Assembly: GCF_003019815.1 (NCBI RefSeq)
Contig: NZ_CP027773.1
Location: 5,019,324 to 5,083,323 of the forward strand
DNA length: 64,000 nucleotides
Origin: Variovorax sp. PMC12
GTDB lineage: Bacteria; Pseudomonadota; Gammaproteobacteria; Burkholderiales; Burkholderiaceae_C
Direction of reading: 5' to 3'
Shown here: piece after piece, positions 57,255 to 64,000 of the stretch
Position numbering within the stretch: the first letter of the stretch is position 1
Layout: every line of letters starts with the position of its first letter
Notes under the pieces: model-generated
The model's database searches: none
What the model saw: only the letters and a program-made list of their open reading frames with translations
Told to the model about the DNA's origin: nothing
Made by a program: the position numbers and the translations under genes

Positions 57255-58391
57255 TTACTGCTCGACCTTGAACGCGCCGTTCACCACCTTGAGCATCACG
57301 CCGGTCTCGGTCGTGTAGCCCCAGTGGTCCTGCGCCGTCCAGTTGAGCACGCCGTGCGCGAGCACCGTGCGGCCCATGCCTTCGAGCGCGTCGCGCAGCG
57401 CGGCGCGGAACTCCGGCGTGCCGGGCTTGGCCTTCTTGAGCGCGACCGGAACGGCCTTCTCGAGCACCGTGAGCGCGTCGGCCGCGTGGCCGGCGAACTG
57501 GTTGCGCGAGCCGGGGCCGTAGGCCTTCTCGTAGCCCTGCACGAAGGCCACGGCTGCCGCCTTCGACGGATGGCTGTCGGGCAGCTGCTCGGCCACCGTG
57601 GCGGGGCCCGACACCACGAAGGTGCCTTCGGCGTCCTTGCCGGCGGTGCGCATCAGGTCTTGCGTGGCGGCGGCGTGCGTCTGGTAGACCTTGCCCTTGT
57701 AGCCGCGCTCCATCACCGCCTTCTGCGGCATGCCGGCGCCGCTGCCCGAGGCCACGATCAGGATCGCGTCCGGGTTGGCCGAGGTGAGCTTCAGCACCTG
57801 GCCGGTCACGCTGGTGTCGGCGCGCGCGAAGCGCTCGGTGGCGACGATCTTGATGCCGTTCTTGGCGGCTTCGGCGGTCAGCGCCTTGAGCCACAGTTCG
57901 CCGTAGGCGTCGGTGTAGCCGAGGAAGCCGACCGTCTTCACGTTCTGCTTCTTCATGTGCGCGACCACCGCATAGGCCATCACGTCGTTCGACTGCGGCA
58001 GGCGGAAGAACCACTTGTCCTTGCCCGGCGGCAGGCCGGCCGGCGCGGTCGACAGCTGCGGCGTGCCCGACTCGGCGGTCACGTCGGCCATGGGAATGGC
58101 AACCGGCGTGGCGCTGGAGCCGATGATGATGTCGGCCTTGTCCTCGGTGACCAGGCGCTGCGCGTCCTTCACGCCCGTGGTCGGGTCGGTCGCGTCGTCG
58201 AGCACCACCACCTTGAGCGTTTCGCCCGCGATGGTCTTCGGCCAGATCGCGATGCCGTTCTTCACCGGGATGCCCAGGCCCGAAGCCGGGCCGGTCAGCG
58301 GCTGCACCACGCCGATGGTGATGTCGGCATGGGCGAAGCCCGCTGCCATGAGCGCCAGCACGGCGGCGAGAGTGGTCTTCCTGAAGGTCAT
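57255..58391 (-). CDS. ABC transporter substrate-binding protein (LivK-type)
   Basis: Signal peptide MTFRKTTLAAVLALMAAGFAHA. PBP type I fold. ATG at 58391. Confidence 0.8.
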   Translation of the reverse strand: MTFRKTTLAAVLALMAAGFAHADITIGVVQPLTGPASGLGIPVKNGIAIWPKTIAGETLKVVVLDDATDPTTGVKDAQRLVTEDKADIIIGSSATPVAIPMADVTAESGTPQLSTAPAGLPPGKDKWFFRLPQSNDVMAYAVVAHMKKQNVKTVGFLGYTDAYGELWLKALTAEAAKNGIKIVATERFARADTSVTGQVLKLTSANPDAILIVASGSGAGMPQKAVMERGYKGKVYQTHAAATQDLMRTAGKDAEGTFVVSGPATVAEQLPDSHPSKAAAVAFVQGYEKAYGPGSRNQFAGHAADALTVLEKAVPVALKKAKPGTPEFRAALRDALEGMGRTVLAHGVLNWTAQDHWGYTTETGVMLKVVNGAFKVEQ

Positions 58392-58447
58392 CGATGTCTC
58401 CTGAATACGTTGTGGGGCGGGAACTCGGGTACGCGAAAGGGTGCGGC

Positions 58448-59212
58448 TCAGCGCGGCGCCATGCGCAGCGCGCCGTCGAGGCGGATCACCTCGCCGTTGA
58501 GGTGGCCGTTGGTGACGACGTGGCAGGCCAGCTCGGCGAATTCCGATGGCTTGCCCAGGCGCGGCGGAAACGGGATGGACGCGGCCAGCGATTGCTGCAC
58601 CGGCTCGGGCAGCTCCAGCAGCAGCGGCGTGGCAAAGAGGCCCGGCGCCACGGTGCATACGCGGATGGCGTGCTGCGCCAGGTCGCGCGCCATCGGCAGC
58701 GTCATGCCGACGAGCCCGCCCTTGGAGGCGCTGTAGGCCTGCTGGCCGACCTGGCCGTCGAAGGCCGCCACCGATGCGGTGAAGAGCATCACGCCCTTCT
58801 CGCCGTTGTCGAGCGCCGGCAGCTTCGCGCAGCGCGCCGCGAACAGGCGCGCCATGTTGTAGCCGCCGATCAGGTTGATGTTGACCACGCGCACGAAGTC
58901 TTCGAGCGGCGCGGGGTTGCCGTCCTTGCCGACGATGCGCTTGGCGCTGCCGATGCCGGCCACGTTCATCAGGATGCGCGCGGTGCCGTGCGCGGCCTCG
59001 GCCTTGTCCAGCGCGGCGTTCACGCTGTCGGTGTCGGTGATGTCGCAGACGCAGGCGACGCCGCCGATCTCGGCGGCCACTTTCTCGGCCAGTGCGGCAT
59101 TGCGGTCGAGCACGGCGACCTTGGCGCCCAGGCGCGCGAGTTCGCGTGCGGTGGCTTCGCCAAGGCCCGATGCGCCGCCGGTAACGAGGGCGGCTTGTCC
59201 TTCGATCTTCAT
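58448..59212 (-). CDS. SDR-family oxidoreductase (3-hydroxyacyl-CoA dehydrogenase type II-like)
   Basis: TGGASGLG cofactor motif and YxxxK catalytic dyad (YSASK). Confidence 0.8.
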   Translation of the reverse strand: MKIEGQAALVTGGASGLGEATARELARLGAKVAVLDRNAALAEKVAAEIGGVACVCDITDTDSVNAALDKAEAAHGTARILMNVAGIGSAKRIVGKDGNPAPLEDFVRVVNINLIGGYNMARLFAARCAKLPALDNGEKGVMLFTASVAAFDGQVGQQAYSASKGGLVGMTLPMARDLAQHAIRVCTVAPGLFATPLLLELPEPVQQSLAASIPFPPRLGKPSEFAELACHVVTNGHLNGEVIRLDGALRMAPR

Positions 59213-59233
59213 TCTTGTCTCTCCTGGATGGGG

Positions 59234-61087
59234 TTAGCGGGGCTTGAGGGTGAAGGGCAGGGTGCCGTCGTGCATCGCGTCGGCCAGCGCGGCGCGGTGC
59301 TTGAGCACCGAGCGCTGGTTGATGGAGCCCTTGTCGGTCACTTCGCCCTTGTCGATGGACGGCGGCTCGGCCATCAGGTGCAGCCGCGCGATGCGGTTGG
59401 CGCTGCCGGTGGCGCTCGCGGCCAGCGTGTCGACCACCTGCTGGAAGTGCGCCTGCACCGGCGCGCTTTCGAGCACCTGCTGCATCGTGGCGTCGGCGGG
59501 CAGGCCCGCGAGCTGCCGCACCTTCTGCGTCGGGAAGATCAGCGCGCCCACTTCCTTCAGGTTGATGCCGGTCAGCACCGCGTCCTGCACATAGGGCGCG
59601 CCGGCCGCGATGATCTTCGCGCGCATGGGGCCCACGCTCACGAAGGTGCCGGTGGCGAGCTTGAAGTCTTCCGCGATGCGGCCGTCGAAGCGCAGGCCGC
59701 GGTGGATGTTGCCGTCGTCGATCCACTTGACCGCATCGCCGGTGGAGAAGAAGCCTTCCTCGTCGAAAGCCTCGGCCGTGGCCTCGGGCGCGCGCCAGTA
59801 GCCGGGCGTGATGTTGGGGCCGCGGTAGCGCACCTCGGTCTTGCCGTCGACCTCGATCAGCTTGAGCTCGATGCCCGGCGCGGGCAGGCCGACGTCGCCC
59901 GACTTCACGTCGGGCCCGGTCACGTAGAGGGCGAAGGGCCCCGATTCGGTCATGCCCAGGCCGGTGCCCATGACGATGCGCTCGCCCACTTCAGACTCCT
60001 GCGTCTTGTGCAGGCTGTCCCACACGGGCTGCGACAGCGCGGCGCCCGAGTAGAAGAACATCTTCACGCGCGACAGCAGGTTGCGGCGCAGCACCGCATC
60101 GGTTTCCATGGCGTGCGCGATGGCCTCGAAGCCGGTGGGCACGTTGAAGTAGATGGTGGGCGCGATCTCGCGCAGGTTGCGCAGCGTCTCGGCCATGCCG
60201 GCGGGCGTGGGCTTGCCGTCGTCGACGTACAGCGTGCCGCCGTTGTCCAGCACGATGCCCACGTTGTGGTTGCCGCCGAAGGTGTGGTTCCAGGGCAGCC
60301 AGTCGACCAGCACCGGCGGCTCGTCGCCCAGCGCGGGAATCGACTGGCGCAGCTGCTGCTGGTTGGCGCACCACATGCGGTGCGTGTTGATGACGGCCTT
60401 GGGCATCTTGGTGGAGCCCGAGGTGAAGAGGAACTTGGTGATGGTGTCGGGGCCGGTCGCGCGCATCGCTTCGTCGATGGCGGGCGTGGCGGGCGTCGAG
60501 GCCAGTGCGTCGAGCGAAGTGGCGGCGCGGCCTTCGAGCTCGCCTTCGGCAATGACGACTTCGGTCCCGGCCGGGACGACCGCCGCGATGGCGCGGCCGT
60601 AGCGTGCCGCATCGGTGGCGAACACGAGGCCCGGCGTCAGCGTGTCGAACACGTGGCGCAGCTTCTCGAAGTCCTGGCTCACGAGCGAGTAGGGCGGCGA
60701 TACGGGGCAGTAGGGCACGCCGGCATAGAGGCAGCCGAGCGCGAGCAGCGCATGCTCGATGCCGTTCTCGCTGAGGATGGCCACGGGCCGCTCGGCGCTC
60801 AGGCCGCGATTCAACAGGGCTTGTCCGATACCGCGGGCCTTCTGCAGCGCCTCGGCGTAGCTCACGCGGATCCAGTCGCCGGTGCTGCCGTCGGCCAGCC
60901 GTTCGCGGCGGGCGATGAAGGTGCGATCGGGCGTGGCCTCGGCCCAGTGCGCGAGGCGGTCGGTCATGCGCTCGCGGTAGCTTTCGAGCTGCGTCTCGGC
61001 GGTGAGGTACTGCGTGCCAGGCGCTCCTTCGCGCAGCACGGCGCGGGTCACGCCGAAGGCCAGGGGGCGGTATCGGATGGCGGTCAT
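59234..61087 (-). CDS. AMP-dependent acyl-CoA synthetase (feruloyl-CoA synthetase-like)
   Basis: AMP-binding motif FLFTSGSTKMPKAV, Gly-rich and hinge regions. 617 aa. ATGA overlap with the hydratase gene. Confidence 0.8.
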   Translation of the reverse strand: MTAIRYRPLAFGVTRAVLREGAPGTQYLTAETQLESYRERMTDRLAHWAEATPDRTFIARRERLADGSTGDWIRVSYAEALQKARGIGQALLNRGLSAERPVAILSENGIEHALLALGCLYAGVPYCPVSPPYSLVSQDFEKLRHVFDTLTPGLVFATDAARYGRAIAAVVPAGTEVVIAEGELEGRAATSLDALASTPATPAIDEAMRATGPDTITKFLFTSGSTKMPKAVINTHRMWCANQQQLRQSIPALGDEPPVLVDWLPWNHTFGGNHNVGIVLDNGGTLYVDDGKPTPAGMAETLRNLREIAPTIYFNVPTGFEAIAHAMETDAVLRRNLLSRVKMFFYSGAALSQPVWDSLHKTQESEVGERIVMGTGLGMTESGPFALYVTGPDVKSGDVGLPAPGIELKLIEVDGKTEVRYRGPNITPGYWRAPEATAEAFDEEGFFSTGDAVKWIDDGNIHRGLRFDGRIAEDFKLATGTFVSVGPMRAKIIAAGAPYVQDAVLTGINLKEVGALIFPTQKVRQLAGLPADATMQQVLESAPVQAHFQQVVDTLAASATGSANRIARLHLMAEPPSIDKGEVTDKGSINQRSVLKHRAALADAMHDGTLPFTLKPR

Positions 61088-61857
61088 GTCTTGCTCACCT
61101 TCGCGCCCCGGCCTTCGAGGAAATCGCGCACGCGTTCCTTGGCTTCGGGTGCGGCCTGGGCGATGCCGGCCATGAGCGCTTCCGTGAAGAAGCCGTGGTC
61201 GGCCGACTGCTCGGCGATGCGCGGCAGCGCATGCATGAGCGCGTAGTTGGTCAGCGGCGCGTTGGTGGCCACGCGCTTGGCGAGCTCGAAGGCCTTGTCG
61301 AAGGCCGTGCCTTCGTCGACCAGGTACTGCGCGAAGTTGGCGCGCTCGCCGTCCTCGGCGTTGTAGACGCGGCCGGTCATCATCATGTCGGTCATGCGCG
61401 CCACGCCGATCAGCTTGGGGATGCGCACCGAGCCGCCGCCGCCCACGAAGATGCCGCGCGAGCCTTCGGGCAGCGCGTAGAAGGTGCTGCGGTCGGCCAC
61501 GCGGATGTGGCAGGCGCTGGCCAGCTCGAGCCCGCCGCCGACCACCGCGCCGTGCAGCGCGGCGATCACCGGCACCGGGCCGTGCTGGATCAGGTCGAGC
61601 GCGGCGTGCCACATGCGCGAGTGCTGCATGCCCTGGCCGGCGTCGCGCTCCTTCAGCTCGCTGAGGTCGAGGCCGGCGCAGAAGTGCGGGCCTTCGCCGT
61701 CGATCACCGCGGCGCGCACGGTGGAGGGCAGCTTCTCGAAAGTGTCGCGCAGTGCGAGGATCAGGCCGTCCGACAGCGCGTTGCGCTTGGAGCCGCGCGT
61801 CAGGCGGACGATCGCGACTTCGTCGCGGATGTCGAGTTGGAGGTCTGGATTGGTCAT
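61084..61857 (-). CDS. Enoyl-CoA hydratase/isomerase (crotonase family)
   Basis: Oxyanion hole and crotonase fold (..HFCAGLDL...AALHGAVVGGGLELAS..). Confidence 0.8.
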   Translation of the reverse strand: MTNPDLQLDIRDEVAIVRLTRGSKRNALSDGLILALRDTFEKLPSTVRAAVIDGEGPHFCAGLDLSELKERDAGQGMQHSRMWHAALDLIQHGPVPVIAALHGAVVGGGLELASACHIRVADRSTFYALPEGSRGIFVGGGGSVRIPKLIGVARMTDMMMTGRVYNAEDGERANFAQYLVDEGTAFDKAFELAKRVATNAPLTNYALMHALPRIAEQSADHGFFTEALMAGIAQAAPEAKERVRDFLEGRGAKVSKT

Positions 61858-61963
61858 GGGAAGGTGTTCGGGGTTGCGTTGGATTATGGTTATGAGAAAT
61901 AATCAATTCAAGGCATTCGAGCCTGCCCGAAGCTAGGGACTTACCCGCACTGGAGACAAACAC

Positions 61964-62830
61964 ATGGACTACGAGAACCTCGTTGCGATCGATATCCACA
62001 CGCACGCCGAAGTGAGCTGCTGGAACCCGTTCGACAACTACGGCGAGGAATACGACCGCGCCGCCGACAAGTACTTCGGCTCCAGCGGCCGGCCCACCAT
62101 CGCGGAGAGCGTGGCGTACTACCGTGAACGCAAGATCGGGCTGGTGATGTTCATGGTCGACGCGGAGTCGAACATGGGCCGCCGGCGCATTCCGAACGAA
62201 GAGATCGCCGAGGCCGCGAAGAACAACAGCGACATCATGATCGCCTTCGGGAGCGTCGATCCGCACAAGGGAAAGATGGGCGCGCGCGAGGCGCGCAGGC
62301 TCATCGAGGAGCACGGCGTGAAGGGCTTCAAGTTCCACCCGACGGTGCAGGGCTACCACCCCTACGACAAGATGGCCTGGCCCATCTACGAGGTGATTGC
62401 CGAATACGGCCTGCCGGCCATCTTCCACACCGGCCACAGCGGCATCGGCTCGGGCATGCGCTGCGGCGGCGGCCTGCGGCTGGAGTACAGCAACCCGATG
62501 CACCTGGACGACGTGGCCATCGACTTCCCCGACATGCAGATCGTCATGGCGCACCCCAGCTTCCCCTGGCAGGACGAGGCGCTGAGCGTGGCCACGCACA
62601 AGCCCAACGTGTGGATCGACCTGTCCGGCTGGAGCCCCAAGTACTTTCCGAAGCAGCTGGTGCAGTACGCCAACACGCTGCTGAAAGACCGCATCCTGTT
62701 CGGCAGCGACTACCCGCTGATCACGCCCGACCGCTGGATGCGCGACTTCGAGAACGCCGGCTTCAAGCCCGAGGTGATGCCCGGCATCCTCAAGGGCAAC
62801 GCGGTCAGGCTGCTGAAGCTGGCCGCCTGA
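61964..62830 (+). CDS. Amidohydrolase-2 family metal-dependent hydrolase/decarboxylase (LigW/ACMSD-like TIM barrel)
   Basis: HTH metal ligands at the N-terminus (AIDIHTHAE), further His and Asp ligands (FHTGHSG, HPSFPW, FGSDYP). RBS GGAGA. Confidence 0.7.
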   Translation: MDYENLVAIDIHTHAEVSCWNPFDNYGEEYDRAADKYFGSSGRPTIAESVAYYRERKIGLVMFMVDAESNMGRRRIPNEEIAEAAKNNSDIMIAFGSVDPHKGKMGAREARRLIEEHGVKGFKFHPTVQGYHPYDKMAWPIYEVIAEYGLPAIFHTGHSGIGSGMRCGGGLRLEYSNPMHLDDVAIDFPDMQIVMAHPSFPWQDEALSVATHKPNVWIDLSGWSPKYFPKQLVQYANTLLKDRILFGSDYPLITPDRWMRDFENAGFKPEVMPGILKGNAVRLLKLAA

Positions 62831-62842
62831 GGGGCCTCGCCG

Positions 62843-64000
62843 CTACGCGTCCGCCTCTTCCCTGGCGGCGGCTTCCTCCGCGTCGAGCCGGTCCCAGTCG
62901 CGCCCCGAGCGGCGCTGCCGCTCCTCGCGCTCGCGCGCCATCTGTTCCTCGAACTGCTGGCGGCCGGCCTTGTTGGCGGCGATCAGCTTGGCGCGGTCCT
63001 TGTAGTGGGGATAGATCTCGTCGCTGAGCTTGATGTTCCGCTGGCGGAAGCGCATGGTCGACTCGCGCGCCTCGTGCGCCGGCCATCCCAGCGCTTCGAG
63101 CGTGGCGCGGGCGCTGCGCAGAGAAGACTCGAACACCTCGCGCTCCACATCCGTCACGCCGCGGTCGCGCAGCTGGAACAGGTGCGTCACGTTGCGGGCC
63201 CGCGCGATGATGCGCGCCTGCGGGAAGTTCTCCTTGACCAGATCGACGATTTCCAGCGATTGCTCGATGTCGTCCACCGCCACCACGATGGCCTTGGCCG
63301 TGCCGGCGCCGGCGGTGCGCAGCAGGTCGAGCCGCGTGGCGTCGCCGTAGAACACGCGAAAGCCGAACTGCCGCAAGCCTTCGACGGTGTCGGCGTCGTG
63401 GTCGAGCACGGTCACGCGCAGGCCTTGCGACATCAGCATGCGCCCGACGATCTGGCCGTAGCGGCCGAAGCCGCAGATCAGCACCTTGGCGTCCTGCTGC
63501 TCGGAGATTTCCTCGAGCTGCGGGCCGTGGTTGCGGCTGTAGCGCGGCAGCACGAACTTGTCGAGCAGCACCAGCAGCAGCGGCGACAGCAGCATCGACA
63601 GCGCGACCGCGCCGATCAGCAGCGACGTGATCTCCGGCGGCAGCACGTCGGGTCCCGCGGCCTGGAACACCACGAACGCGAATTCGCCGCCCTGCGCGAG
63701 CAGCAGCGTGAACACCGGCCGCTCCTGGTAGGCGATGCCCATCGCCTTGGCCAGCGCATAGATCACCGCCAGCTTGATGGCCATGAAGCCGACCACCAGC
63801 GCCGCCATGATCCAGGGGCTCGCAATGAGCACGCCGAAGTTGATCGACATGCCCACGGCAATGAAGAACAGGCCCAGCAGCAGGCCCTTGAAGGGCTCGA
63901 TGTCGGTCTCCAGCTCGCGCCGGTATTCGCTCTCGGCCAGCAGCACGCCGGCCAGGAAGGCGCCCAGCGCCATCGACAGGCCCACCAGCTGCATCAGCGC
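62843..64000 (-). CDS. KefB/KefC-type CPA2 K+/H+ antiporter (C-terminal part in window: last TM helices plus RCK/TrkA-N domain; N-terminus beyond the right edge)
   Basis: TM region, then Rossmann RCK domain (VLICGFGRYGQIVGRMLMSQGLRVTVLDHDAD) and a charged C-terminal tail. The ORF is still open at position 64000. Confidence 0.75.
   Translation of the reverse strand, partial: ALMQLVGLSMALGAFLAGVLLAESEYRRELETDIEPFKGLLLGLFFIAVGMSINFGVLIASPWIMAALVVGFMAIKLAVIYALAKAMGIAYQERPVFTLLLAQGGEFAFVVFQAAGPDVLPPEITSLLIGAVALSMLLSPLLLVLLDKFVLPRYSRNHGPQLEEISEQQDAKVLICGFGRYGQIVGRMLMSQGLRVTVLDHDADTVEGLRQFGFRVFYGDATRLDLLRTAGAGTAKAIVVAVDDIEQSLEIVDLVKENFPQARIIARARNVTHLFQLRDRGVTDVEREVFESSLRSARATLEALGWPAHEARESTMRFRQRNIKLSDEIYPHYKDRAKLIAANKAGRQQFEEQMAREREERQRRSGRDWDRLDAEEAAAREEADA

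Overview
High-GC (about 68%) proteobacterial chromosome segment. Its gene content (Bug/TctC-family binding protein, liv-type ABC systems, pca genes, tad pilus locus) suggests Burkholderiales/Comamonadaceae, possibly Variovorax-like, but that is inference. The six-frame track includes TTG/GTG starts shown as M, so several CDS starts here were moved to an internal ATG behind a Shine-Dalgarno motif. All protein calls are from reading the translations, not from database searches.

Contents, left to right:
- 1-4.6 kb: a Tad/Flp pilus locus on the minus strand (cpaE partial, cpaC secretin, cpaB, cpaA prepilin peptidase, two tandem flp pilins).
- 4.6-7.2 kb: an L,D-transpeptidase and a TPR protein.
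- 7.4-11.6 kb: a LysR regulator, a putative two-subunit hydroquinone dioxygenase (HapCD/PnpC1C2-like, by size and context) and an aldehyde dehydrogenase.
- 11.6-16.4 kb: a liv-type ABC importer.
- 18.1-21.6 kb: the beta-ketoadipate genes pcaR and pcaIJF.
- 21.6-24.1 kb: small genes (DUF3806 protein, DUF4148 protein, DinB, TetR).
- About 26.3-38 kb: a large RtcR/sigma-54 controlled RNA-repair island. It holds rtcR, a sigma-54 promoter and a roughly 530-nt structured leader containing a perfect tRNA T-arm mimic. Downstream are an SPFH protein, a hypothetical, rtcB, a Zn-ribbon protein, an RNase Z-like metallo-beta-lactamase, a Pol-beta-type nucleotidyltransferase and rtcA. Opposite rtcR sit a LigT 2H phosphoesterase, an LMW-PTP-like phosphatase, a large SUKH (SMI1/KNR4) protein and a DEDDh exoribonuclease. 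This is the most interesting part of the window.
- 38-45 kb: maleylacetate reductase, a redox-domain adenylate cyclase with a divergent Crp regulator, a DoxX protein, and a LysR regulator with hydroxyquinol 1,2-dioxygenase.
- 45-49 kb: TauE/SafE exporter, DUF1428 protein, and a TetR plus VOC-VOC-MFS efflux unit with operator palindromes.
- 49-62 kb: a roughly 12.6-kb minus-strand CoA-dependent catabolic operon (enoyl-CoA hydratase, acyl-CoA synthetase, SDR dehydrogenase, liv-type ABC transporter, tannase/feruloyl esterase, acyl-CoA dehydrogenase, MarR) that looks hydroxycinnamate-like.
- 62-64 kb: an amidohydrolase and a partial KefB/KefC antiporter.

Non-coding oddities: two copies of a G-quadruplex-capable REP-like inverted-repeat element inside operons, a roughly 230-bp large imperfect palindrome inserted inside a liv operon, and a (GATG)n microsatellite in a promoter. 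No CRISPR array, rRNA gene or intact tRNA gene was seen.
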